From Desulfatiglandales bacterium (GTDB lineage Bacteria; Desulfobacterota; DSM-4660; Desulfatiglandales; Desulfatiglandaceae): a stretch of 32,000 nt of DNA. Each line of letters starts with the position of its first letter. Within the stretch, counting starts at the first letter, position 1. The position numbers were made by a program, and so were the translations under genes. The notes below the pieces were generated by a model that saw nothing but the letters and a program-made list of their open reading frames with translations, made no database searches and was not told the origin of the DNA. Shown here in pieces: positions 17,778 to 26,095 of the stretch. The DNA lies in assembly GCA_963666345.1 (NCBI GenBank), contig OY762721.1, positions 3,661,258-3,693,257 on the forward strand. Reading direction: 5' to 3'.

Positions 17778-19439
17778 ATGAAGCCTATCCGCTATGATCC
17801 GGAAGAGATAGAGAAAAATTTGAGGGAGGGTTTCTGGGATAAGACCATCCTGCCCGACTTTTGGGAGAAAAACGCCAGGCTGTGGCCTGACAGGGAGGCC
17901 CTTGTCGATTCCCTCGGATCCAGGCTGACCTGGGCCGAGGCCGCGCAGAGGATCGACAGGATCGCGTTCGGGCTTATAAAGGAGGCGGGTGTTAAGAGGG
18001 ATGACAGGCTCATGGTGCAGCTTCCTAACTGCGTGGAGCAGGTCCTTGTTCGCCTTGCCTGTGAAAAGGCGGGGGTCCTTTCCATACCCGAGATGACCAC
18101 CTTCAGGCAGACGGAGCTTGCGGACATCGCAAAAAGGACGGACGCGGCGGGCATGGTAATTGCCAGGAGCTACAGAAACTTCGACCACCATGAAATGGCA
18201 AGGGAACTTCAGGCTCAGCTGCCGGGACTCAGGCACATCATAGTGGCGGGGGACGACGTGCCTCAAGGCTGCATCTCGTTGAACGAGATCATGGCTCACC
18301 CATATGAGAAGGAGTTCGACATCCTGGAGCTTATCGCCAGGAAGCTTGACGCGGTGGAAGAGGTGGGCTTTCTTATCACGACCACCGGCACCACAGGCCT
18401 TCCGAAGCTTATCGAGCACAGGATAGCGGCGCGCGAGATCTGGACCGCAAGATCGCATGTGAAAAACTGGAAGCTCGGCCCTGATGACTGCGTGATCGCC
18501 ATCGCCCCGCTCGCAGGGGCCGCCGGGGGCACGCCCGCCTATGTTACGGCACCGGTGGGGGGAGCCAAAATCGCCCTTGAATACCAGTACAGGGGAGAGG
18601 AAACGCTCGCCTTCATGGAACAGGAGCGGGTCACGGTGATCGCCCTTGTGCCGACCCAGCTCGCAAGGCTGCTGGAACTTCCCACCGGCAAATATGACCT
18701 TTCATCTTTAAGGATAATAAAGACCGCCGGAGGGTACCTGCCGCCCCCGCTTGCAAAGGAGGCCCAGGAGAGGTTCAACTGCCCCATCCTCGGGACATAC
18801 GGCACGCAGGATACAGGTTCCATATCAGGGGTGCCGATCGACGCACCCGAGGACCTGAGAAACTTCACCGTTGGAAGGCTTCATCCGGGAATAGAGATAA
18901 AGATACTGGATGATGAGGGAAACCGGGTTGAAAAAGGGGGCGTGGGCACCCTATGGTTCAAGGGGCCGGGAAATTCGATCGGTTATTACAGGGATATAGA
19001 TAAAACCATGAACGAGGCCTTTGACAGGGACGGTTTTGCCACGCCCGGAGACCTTGTGGAGCTTATGGATGACGGTTATATCAAGATCATGGGCAGGAAG
19101 AAGAACATCATCATAAGGGGCGGGCAGAACATATATCCAAGGGAGATAGAGGACTATCTGCTGGCGCACGAAAAGGTCACTAACGCGGCCGTCGTTCCCA
19201 TGCCTGATCCTCAGATGGGTGAGAGGGCGTGCGCCTTTGTCACGGTCAAAAAGGGAGAGATGTTCCAATTCGAGGAGATGATCGCATATCTCAAGGAAAA
19301 GAAGATCGCTCCCTTTAAGCTGCCTGAAAGGCTCGAGGTACTCGACGCCCTTCCCCTGGTCGGGGAAAGCGGCAAGATAAACAACAAGGAAATGGTCAGG
19401 ATCATAACCGAGAAGCTTAAGGAGGAGGGGAAGATCTAA
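17778..19439 (+). CDS. AMP-binding acyl-adenylate/CoA ligase, 2,3-dihydroxybenzoate-AMP ligase (EntE)-like
   Basis: FLITTTGTTGLPKLIEHR, ILGTYGTQDTGSISG, TPGDLVELMDDGYIKIMGRKKNIIIRGGQNIYPREIEDYL, VGESGKINNKEMVRII; the N-terminal FWDKTILPDFWEKNARLWPDREALVD resembles EntE/DhbE. Confidence 0.88.
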   Translation: MKPIRYDPEEIEKNLREGFWDKTILPDFWEKNARLWPDREALVDSLGSRLTWAEAAQRIDRIAFGLIKEAGVKRDDRLMVQLPNCVEQVLVRLACEKAGVLSIPEMTTFRQTELADIAKRTDAAGMVIARSYRNFDHHEMARELQAQLPGLRHIIVAGDDVPQGCISLNEIMAHPYEKEFDILELIARKLDAVEEVGFLITTTGTTGLPKLIEHRIAAREIWTARSHVKNWKLGPDDCVIAIAPLAGAAGGTPAYVTAPVGGAKIALEYQYRGEETLAFMEQERVTVIALVPTQLARLLELPTGKYDLSSLRIIKTAGGYLPPPLAKEAQERFNCPILGTYGTQDTGSISGVPIDAPEDLRNFTVGRLHPGIEIKILDDEGNRVEKGGVGTLWFKGPGNSIGYYRDIDKTMNEAFDRDGFATPGDLVELMDDGYIKIMGRKKNIIIRGGQNIYPREIEDYLLAHEKVTNAAVVPMPDPQMGERACAFVTVKKGEMFQFEEMIAYLKEKKIAPFKLPERLEVLDALPLVGESGKINNKEMVRIITEKLKEEGKI

Positions 19440-19655
19440 CGGCCTCCCCGGTTCGGGAATATAGCCGTGGTGTAGGGTTATATGTTATAGGTTATTTGAA
19501 AATGAGTGAACAGAAGCCTTGTCTTCGGCTGCGTACTCTAGTTTTCCGGCAATCTTTCTAACCAATAACGAACAACCAGATGCCTAACCAGTGTGCCATT
19601 TTAAGGAAACGTGGGCAAACGAGTGGTTGCTCCATGCCAGGAAGGAATCCCCCCC

Positions 19656-20252
19656 ATGACCCATGACGGCAAAAGGCCCCTGATCCTCTTTGTATGCTGC
19701 GGAAACAGGGAAAGGAGCGTGATAGCGGAAAACCTTTTTAAAAAGATGCTGAAAAAGGGATATCCTGATTTATCAGACCGGGTGGATGCGGCCTCAGCCG
19801 GCATATTCCCCAGGTCATATTTAGAGCATGCAGGGGAAAACGGGGTCTTTTTCGAAGAACCTTTTTTTTCAAAAAAGGCCAATACCTATGCCGTGGATTA
19901 CCTCCTGAAAAAGGGGATAGACGTAGCATCATACAGGTCAAGGCGGATTAACTCAGGTCTTGTCACAGATGCCCTTCTCATACTTGCCGTAGATCGGGTG
20001 ATAAGGGATGAGATCCTTTTCTTTTATCCGGAGGTCCAAGGCAGGGTCCATACCCTCAGGGAGTTCGTGTTCGGCCCGGAAGGGGACCTCGATATAGGTG
20101 ATCCCATGAAACTGCCCGTTGTTGATAAGGACACCGGCGCCTGGATATGGCCTGACGAATACCCCGTGAGGTATATAAAGGAGATCGAGGAGAGCCTTGA
20201 AAAGGGAATGGTCAAGATAGTGGCTTACATAATGAGCGAGGGGATGGATTAG
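19656..20252 (+). CDS. Low-molecular-weight protein tyrosine phosphatase-like protein
   Basis: LILFVCCGNRERSVIAENLF (V-C-x-G-N-x-x-R-S P-loop), AASAGIF, late acidic DP (GDPMKLP). ATG 19656 preferred over upstream GTG 19611. Confidence 0.78.
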   Translation: MTHDGKRPLILFVCCGNRERSVIAENLFKKMLKKGYPDLSDRVDAASAGIFPRSYLEHAGENGVFFEEPFFSKKANTYAVDYLLKKGIDVASYRSRRINSGLVTDALLILAVDRVIRDEILFFYPEVQGRVHTLREFVFGPEGDLDIGDPMKLPVVDKDTGAWIWPDEYPVRYIKEIEESLEKGMVKIVAYIMSEGMD

Positions 20253-20253
20253 A

Positions 20254-21492
20254 TTGAATAGAACAAAGGGTGCGATCATAGTTCTGGTAATGGCTGAGGA
20301 AAAATGGGTGGAGGCGAATTTTTTCCGTGCTCAAATTACCTCTCTCGGCCACAGGGCCGAGATCCTTGATATGGGCCTTACCGGAGGGCCTGCCGGGCCC
20401 TGCGCTATCGGACGGGAGGAGGTGATAGCGGCAGGCGGCACAGGCGTGGACGAGGCCTCTCTTATAACGGACAGGGGCAAGAGGATGCCCCTTATGATAA
20501 AGGGGGGGAGAAAAAAGGTAAAAGAGCTTTACGAACAGGGAATGCTCACAGGGGTCGTGAGCCTTGGGGGGACCACGGGGACCCAGATGGGGACCTCCAT
20601 CATGAAGGCGCTTCCATTCGGCGTTCCCAAGCTCGCGGTGTCAAGCACGGCATCGCTTAAGGGGTTCGCCTCAAGATACCTCGGTACATCGGATGTCTCG
20701 CTCATGCACACGGTGGTCGAGATCGCGGGGCTTAACCGGTTCATGAAAAACGCGCTTGCACGCGCGGCAGGGGCCGTGTGCGGCATGGTGGAGGGGGGGC
20801 TCAGGGAGCCTGTCGCGCCGGAACAGGGGGGTGTGAGTCCGGTTGTAGCCATGACCCACTTCGGGCCGTGCGAACATTGCGCGGTAAGGGTTCGAAATCT
20901 ACTTGAGGAGCGCGGTTACCAGGTGGTGGGTTTTTCCGCTGCCGGTATCGGGGATCGGGCCATGGAGGAGATAATCGAATCGGGCGGCGTCTTTTCTGCG
21001 GTCATAGATCTTGCCACGGGCGGGGTGGGTGAGGAACTGCTGGGATTTGCCAGGGCAGCGGGGGCCTCAAGGCTTGAGGCGGCGGGAAAAAAGGGGATAC
21101 CGCAGGTGATTGCCACAAGCGGGGTCAATTTCGGCTCCCCCTGGAAGTACAGGTACAAGCCTGAATATGAGTCAAGAAAAAAAATTGAGTATGACAGAGC
21201 CCGCACCTTTATAAGGCTCTCGCAAGACGAGTTGGTCCGGGTGGCGACCGTCATGGCGGAAAAGTTGAACCGCGCAGCGGGTCCGGTGAGGGTGGTAATC
21301 CCGCTTGGCGGGTGGTCATCCGTTGATAAGAAGGGAAGCTTCTTTTATGATGGTGAGGCGGATCAGGTATTTGTCGAGACGCTGGAAAGGGAATTGCGGG
21401 ACGATATCGAGGTCAGGGAAGTGGACGCGGACCTTGAGACGGATGAATTCGCAAAGGTTATCGTGGATTCGTTTCTGGAAATTATTTCGTAG
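20254..21492 (+). CDS. Tm-1-like ATP-binding domain / UPF0261 family protein (copy 2, divergent N-terminus)
   Basis: MLTGVVSLGGTTGTQMGTSIMKALPFGVPKLAVSSTASLKG, VRVVIPLGGWSSVDKKGSFFYD; TTG start one base after the previous stop. Confidence 0.85.
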   Translation: MNRTKGAIIVLVMAEEKWVEANFFRAQITSLGHRAEILDMGLTGGPAGPCAIGREEVIAAGGTGVDEASLITDRGKRMPLMIKGGRKKVKELYEQGMLTGVVSLGGTTGTQMGTSIMKALPFGVPKLAVSSTASLKGFASRYLGTSDVSLMHTVVEIAGLNRFMKNALARAAGAVCGMVEGGLREPVAPEQGGVSPVVAMTHFGPCEHCAVRVRNLLEERGYQVVGFSAAGIGDRAMEEIIESGGVFSAVIDLATGGVGEELLGFARAAGASRLEAAGKKGIPQVIATSGVNFGSPWKYRYKPEYESRKKIEYDRARTFIRLSQDELVRVATVMAEKLNRAAGPVRVVIPLGGWSSVDKKGSFFYDGEADQVFVETLERELRDDIEVREVDADLETDEFAKVIVDSFLEIIS

Positions 21493-21537
21493 AGAGAATC
21501 AGGTGCCGGTTGCCTGATAAACGCGCGGGGGCCTTAC

Positions 21538-21921
21538 ATGGAATACAGGTTCATGACGCATGAGGGGTGCTATGATCTTGTGGCGAACGCAAGACTGGTG
21601 GGAGACGATCTGCTGGTTGCCATATGGGGCGGAGACAGGCCCCATATCGGCGCTGTATCCATGGCCCAGCCCAGGGCAAGCCTCAGGGACCCTTCAAAGC
21701 TGAGTGCTACTGCTTCCGTGTTCACGTATGTGGGGCACAAGGAGGACATTCTCGCAAAACCCGCTTCAGAGACCCTGGCCTCCGCCCTGAACAAGAAGGT
21801 GGTGGTAACGGCAGGTATCCACTGGGATGATATGGAAGAAAAGGGCATTAAAAGGGTGATAAAAAACTGTGAGATTCTGATCGGGATGATTGTAAAGGAG
21901 TTTTCATCTTCAAAAAGCTGA
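21538..21921 (+). CDS. Small LpdD-like prenylated-flavin chaperone domain protein
   Basis: GDDLLVAIWGGDRPHIGAVSMAQPRASLRDPSKLSATASVFTYVGHKEDILAKPASETLASALNKKVVVTAGIHWDDM; directly upstream of ubiX in a ubiD-containing cluster. Confidence 0.72.
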   Translation: MEYRFMTHEGCYDLVANARLVGDDLLVAIWGGDRPHIGAVSMAQPRASLRDPSKLSATASVFTYVGHKEDILAKPASETLASALNKKVVVTAGIHWDDMEEKGIKRVIKNCEILIGMIVKEFSSSKS

Positions 21922-21950
21922 CTCTGTCAGGCGTGGGGGATGGTTCTAAA

Positions 21951-22523
21951 ATGAAAAAAAGACTCATTATCGCGATAACCGGCGCAAGCGGTGTGATTTA
22001 CGGTGTGAGGATGCTCGAACTGATAAGGGAACACGGCTTTGAGACGCATCTTATAATATCAGAGGCGGGCAAGAAGAATATCGAGATCGAGACAGGCTTT
22101 AAGCTCAGGGATATAAAGGCGCTTGCCGATTACAGCCATGAAAACATGGACGTGGGGGCCCCGCTTGCAAGCGGCTCGTTTCTGACGGGGGGTATGGTGG
22201 TGGTGCCCTGTACCATCAAGACCCTGTCAGGGATTACCAATTCCTACAACGACAACCTGATCGTGAGGGCGGCAGACGTCACGTTAAAGGAGGGGCGCAA
22301 GCTGGTGCTGGTTGTAAGGGAGACCCCTCTTCACAAGGGGCATCTGAGACTCATGACCATGGCGGCCGATGTGGGCGCCCACATACTTCCCCCGGTCCCA
22401 TCCTTTTATAACAAGCCTGAAACCATCGACGACATAATCAATCAGACCATAGGAAAGATCTTCGACTACCTGGGCGTGGAGCACGATCTGTTTGCCCGCT
22501 GGGGAAGATATGACTCATGCTGA
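21951..22523 (+). CDS. ubiX: UbiX-family flavin prenyltransferase
   Basis: KKRLIIAITGASGVIYGVRMLELIREHG, APLASGSFLTGGMVVVPCTIKTLSGI, LVVRETPLHKGHLRLM. Confidence 0.95.
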   Translation: MKKRLIIAITGASGVIYGVRMLELIREHGFETHLIISEAGKKNIEIETGFKLRDIKALADYSHENMDVGAPLASGSFLTGGMVVVPCTIKTLSGITNSYNDNLIVRAADVTLKEGRKLVLVVRETPLHKGHLRLMTMAADVGAHILPPVPSFYNKPETIDDIINQTIGKIFDYLGVEHDLFARWGRYDSC

Positions 22524-22537
22524 ATAAATGCTGATAG

Positions 22538-22849
22538 TCATAAAAACAGACTTGCAATGGATGGGACCCGCTCGGCAATTTTGACCGCTATTTGACCGAG
22601 CTTTTCTATCTGCGCCTTGAGTTGTGCCTGAGACAGGTTGACCCTTGAGGCCTCCTTTACAACGGTGATGAGTTCATCATATTTTTCAAGGTCCGTGGTA
22701 TCCGGCGTGATTGTGTCCACCTCGGCACGCGAGAGACCTTCCAGTTCGTTAAGCTGATCCTTGTATATCCCCTTAAATACCTCCCGTCCCTTTTCAAGGG
22801 TTTCTTCAAGGTCCGCCTCAAATCCTTCAAGATCAAAATCATCCGACAT
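22538..22849 (-). CDS. Hypothetical small acidic helical protein
   Basis: 103 aa, highly charged, 4 nt downstream of the next minus-strand gene, so likely co-transcribed. Confidence 0.6.
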   Translation of the reverse strand: MSDDFDLEGFEADLEETLEKGREVFKGIYKDQLNELEGLSRAEVDTITPDTTDLEKYDELITVVKEASRVNLSQAQLKAQIEKLGQIAVKIAERVPSIASLFL

Positions 22850-22852
22850 CTC

Positions 22853-23602
22853 TTATCCCTCCTTATTGCCTTTGCCGATATTATCCTTAAGTTCGTTTAT
22901 TGCCGACTTTAGATCAATGGCAAACTCCTCCGCCTTTTTGATCTTGTCATCGGCCTTCTCGGCCGTCTCAACAAGGGTTCCGATCCTCTCGGATGCCCGG
23001 GCCAGCGTGTCGCCGATATCCTTTCCGAGGTCTCGTTCAACCCCGATCTTATCCAGCAGTTCTGCCTGTGTCTCATGCACCTTTGCAACAGAGGAAAGAT
23101 GACCGGTCACAATCGAATTGGCATAATGAATCTGCTGGTAGGCCCGGTCTATGGAGCCTGTCACCTCTTTTTCCTGCGCCTTGAGCGGGTCGAGCAGCTC
23201 ACTGCGCATCGCCTCCACATCTTGTCTGATCTTGCCCACCATTATAGCCATGCCCTTTAGGACATTTTCCTGAAGTTTCGGGGAGGCATCCGGCTTGAAT
23301 GCAGCGTTTATCGCAAGAAGTAGAGACCTCTTCCTTTCCTTTTCCTTCGAACTTCTTGCCAGTTCCCACTGGCGGTTCATGGCGTTTCCGATCTGAAAGG
23401 GTGCGTAAACGTCGTCTATGAAGCGGTTCACGTCACGCCTCATCCTTGTGAAAAATAACTGTGCAAGCTCTCGATGTGCCTTGTAAACCACCGTAAGGTC
23501 CCGGCCGACCGTTGCTGAAAGCTCAACCGACTCCTTGGGAACCTGGGCGCATGAGCAGAAAATGAGGAAGGATATAAAAATGAATATCGACCTGCGTGGC
23601 AT
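22853..23602 (-). CDS. Predicted lipoprotein with extended coiled-coil character
   Basis: MPRRSIFIFISFLIFCSCAQVPKES (lipobox-like FCSC), followed by heptad-rich helical sequence to a KDIGDTLARASERIGTLVETAEK tail. Confidence 0.7.
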   Translation of the reverse strand: MPRRSIFIFISFLIFCSCAQVPKESVELSATVGRDLTVVYKAHRELAQLFFTRMRRDVNRFIDDVYAPFQIGNAMNRQWELARSSKEKERKRSLLLAINAAFKPDASPKLQENVLKGMAIMVGKIRQDVEAMRSELLDPLKAQEKEVTGSIDRAYQQIHYANSIVTGHLSSVAKVHETQAELLDKIGVERDLGKDIGDTLARASERIGTLVETAEKADDKIKKAEEFAIDLKSAINELKDNIGKGNKEG

Positions 23603-23668
23603 CTCAATTCCTCCTTTTGTGGTGCTTCAAAAGTTGTGTTCAACTGTTAGGCATGATCGGGTAAAATC

Positions 23669-24079
23669 CTATTTGTGCGCGAATGCCCATGAAAAAGAGA
23701 TGCCGAATTCTTCCTTTCCGCCCACCCTGACCGCCGTTAGAAAGGCGGAGGCCAACCACTTTTTCATGCCCGCCTTGGTGACAAGGTCGCTGTAGAACTT
23801 GGCGTCCACACGCTTTTTTTCAGGGTCATTGCCCGGGTCCCCGTAGGCGTAACAGAGGTCATGGGGCAGGCAGCATTTATAGGTGATATCCTTCCAGTCA
23901 CAGCCGGTAAAAAGACCCATTACCCTGTCGGGAAGCATGGAGCAGCCATCAAAGGTCCAGTCTTTGTAGTCGTCCGGTTTCGATTCGATCCTGTCAACCA
24001 GGTAATCGAGATCAAAATGGCGGCACAGCTCAAGTGCCGCGCGAGCGTTCATGACCTCTCCTATTTCAGGCAGATCCAT
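23669..24079 (-). CDS. Phospholipase A2-like domain protein
   Basis: FDGCSMLPDRVMGLFTGCDWKDITYKCCLPHDLCYAYGDPGN matches the PLA2 CCxxHDxC active-site pattern (codons 23852-23875). No clear signal peptide. Confidence 0.7.
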   Translation of the reverse strand: MDLPEIGEVMNARAALELCRHFDLDYLVDRIESKPDDYKDWTFDGCSMLPDRVMGLFTGCDWKDITYKCCLPHDLCYAYGDPGNDPEKKRVDAKFYSDLVTKAGMKKWLASAFLTAVRVGGKEEFGISFSWAFAHK

Positions 24080-24095
24080 TTTCCCTCCTCTTGTT

Positions 24096-24277
24096 TCAAT
24101 AGCTTTTCAGCATGTCCGTTACCAGAACCAGGTTTGCCCTGGCAGCCATCTGAAATCGGTAACGGTCTGTCTTTTCAAACCCTGTTTCAGACTCAAGGTG
24201 GCGGCTTTCATTATCCCTGCTCGCTGCGGTCTGTTTGCAATGGCGTATGTCACATAAAAGTGAAAGTCCTTTTCCAT
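24096..24277 (-). pseudogene. Frameshifted small ORF, possible remnant of a DUF6765-like protein
   Basis: Minus strand starts MEKDFHFYVTYAIANRPQRAG then continues in a second frame as NESRHLESETGFEKTDRYRFQMAARANLVLVTDMLKSY*. The 182-nt span is not a multiple of 3. Confidence 0.35.
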
Positions 24278-24304
24278 CTCCAGCTCATTTCCGCCTCAGG
24301 GCCT

Positions 24305-25531
24305 TTATATGGTGTGAAGACTGTCCTTTGCCTTTTTAAGCCTTTCTATGGCAAGGCTTCCACTTATGATGCAGTATGCGTTTTCAAGATACGCGGCATT
24401 AAGCCCGGTTGTCTCGGCAAGCCTTCCAAGCCTTTCCTCTTGTCCCAGGATCTTGAAACCGAGGATGGTCCTTACCCCTGCCGCCCTCAGCTTTGCCGCG
24501 TCCGAGCCGAACTGGAGGCAGAGCCTTCCCTGAAGCATCCAGTCGACAAGTTCCCTCGGCTTGAACGGGGTGTTGAGTATCAGCTCAATGAGGCTTGCCT
24601 TTACAAGGTTCTGCACGTTGTCGATCCCCTGCTCAAAGAACCTCTCCTTGTGGTAGGAGGTTATGCCCTCGAGCAGGTCGAGGGGAAGCCTTGAGGCCCT
24701 CTGCTCCGGCCTGCTTGCCGAGAATTTGAAGCGCTCCGCCATGTAGGTAAGGGCGCGCTGGGGGAAAAAGCCTATAAGAAACGAGATCACAGGGAGCATA
24801 TCCGTCAATGTATCGTCAGGCACCAGGTCCACCCTGATTTCGCCCGACATGAGCTCACCTGATGGTAGGGCCGAGATAAAGTAGTAGAATATGAGCGAGA
24901 CAAAGGTGCTCAGCACCATCCTGACACCCACCCCGTAATAGGCGGCAGGAGGAAGATCTATGGTGATAAGGCGTCTCAGGATGTAGCGTATCGACCATAT
25001 GTAGGCGCCGAGGAATGCTATGAGCATGGAAAGAAGCGCCGGCGAACAGGTAAGATCCGATCCGTCATGCTCGAGCACGAGCTTCGGCACGGAAAGGAGC
25101 CTTTTCCCTCCCTCGCAGAACATGAGGCAGAAGGCCATTAGGCTGAATATGGTCACAAACAGGAGGGGCAGGGCATAGTCCCACTGGCTGTACCTTCTGT
25201 CCGACACGATCAGGGTATGGGCATCTTCAATGTCCACGTTCTTAAGATTCTCTATTATCCTTTCGTGCTCGATCTCTTTTCTTGGAAGTCGAAGTGTGCG
25301 GTATGATACGAATGTAAAGGGTAGAAAAGAGATGAGAAGGACAATTCCCGCGTAGAAATACCAGCTCTCGGTAAAGGCCGCCACATTGGATGTCTTGACG
25401 TTGAGATAAACGATTAAAACAAGGGTTGCAAGGGTGAGCCCGAGCAGAAAGGCGAATGTCTTCCCACGCCTTTTTATGATCCCGGGCCGGTCTTTTTCCT
25501 TTTTCTGGCTCTCTTCAGGTAAGCTGTCCAT
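24305..25531 (-). CDS. Uncharacterised multi-spanning membrane protein with cytosolic helical C-terminus
   Basis: 408 aa with hydrophobic segments (FAFLLGLTLATLVLIVYL, YFYAGIVLLISFLPFTFV, YALPLLFVTIFSLMAFCLMF, LLSMLIAFLGAYIWSI, VLSTFVSLIFYYFISAL) then DLLEGITSYHKERFFEQGIDNVQNLVKA.. and a helix-hairpin-helix-like LRAAGVRTILGFKIL. Confidence 0.75.
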   Translation of the reverse strand: MDSLPEESQKKEKDRPGIIKRRGKTFAFLLGLTLATLVLIVYLNVKTSNVAAFTESWYFYAGIVLLISFLPFTFVSYRTLRLPRKEIEHERIIENLKNVDIEDAHTLIVSDRRYSQWDYALPLLFVTIFSLMAFCLMFCEGGKRLLSVPKLVLEHDGSDLTCSPALLSMLIAFLGAYIWSIRYILRRLITIDLPPAAYYGVGVRMVLSTFVSLIFYYFISALPSGELMSGEIRVDLVPDDTLTDMLPVISFLIGFFPQRALTYMAERFKFSASRPEQRASRLPLDLLEGITSYHKERFFEQGIDNVQNLVKASLIELILNTPFKPRELVDWMLQGRLCLQFGSDAAKLRAAGVRTILGFKILGQEERLGRLAETTGLNAAYLENAYCIISGSLAIERLKKAKDSLHTI

Positions 25532-25640
25532 TCCGGATACCTCCTTTTACGATATAAGGATGGTTTTGTTTACCAGGACAACTTCGTATCCCTCCCTACA
25601 GGGCGGCGGAGTGTTTAAGTGAGGGCGTTATTGAGACACA

Positions 25641-25664
25641 TGATGCACATAAATTTGTGCATCA
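25641..25664. repeat. Hairpin TGATGCACA-taaatt-TGTGCATCA
   Basis: 9-bp perfect inverted repeat, 6-nt loop; member of the GTGCA hairpin family. Confidence 0.9.
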
Positions 25665-25960
25665 TTAGGATAAGGTCCTGCCTGAAAGTTTAAAAAATCA
25701 CAAAAGCCAAATATTAAACATAATATCAATAGGTTGAATTTGTAAAAAGAACACTTACGCATGATATATGAAGCAAGTAGCGTGCCCCTTATTGTGTGCC
25801 GTGGAAAACCCAAATGGAAAAAGATGAATGAATCAGGCAGGTGCCTGTGGAAGACAGATATGGTAAGGGAATCAGTGGGTTTTGGAAAATTTTCTTATCT
25901 TGGGAGAGGGCATGAAAAATGAAGGAGGGTAAAGGGGCGATTTTGATTTTTTCGTTTTTT

Positions 25961-26000
25961 TGCACATTTTTTTGTGCATGAGTGCACATGATTATGTGCA
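25961..26000. repeat. Tandem hairpins TGCACA-N6-TGTGCA and TGCACAT-gatt-ATGTGCA
   Basis: Inverted repeats at 25961-25978 and 25983-26000, four nt apart. Confidence 0.9.
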
Positions 26001-26062
26001 AAAATCTCTGATAGTGGTGGTTACTCCCTGAAATGATATTGAAAAATGATTCAGGGCATGAT

Positions 26063-26085
26063 AGACTAGTCTGAAACTAGTCTGA
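26063..26085. promoter_or_regulatory. Candidate toxin-antitoxin operator: repeated ACTAGTCTGA, overlapping palindrome AGACTAGTCT
   Basis: ACTAGTCTGA at 26065-26074 and 26076-26085 (11-bp spacing), ending 10 nt before the antitoxin ATG. Confidence 0.6.
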
Positions 26086-26095
26086 GGAGTGAACC

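Noticed and set aside
17757-18458. 233-aa minus-strand ORF opposite the EntE-like ligase
   Set aside because: Antisense frame of a strongly supported ligase; no motif of its own.
23861-24694. 277-aa plus-strand ORF opposite the PLA2-like and membrane genes
   Set aside because: Spans two minus-strand genes antisense and has no recognisable domain; the minus-strand genes carry real motifs.
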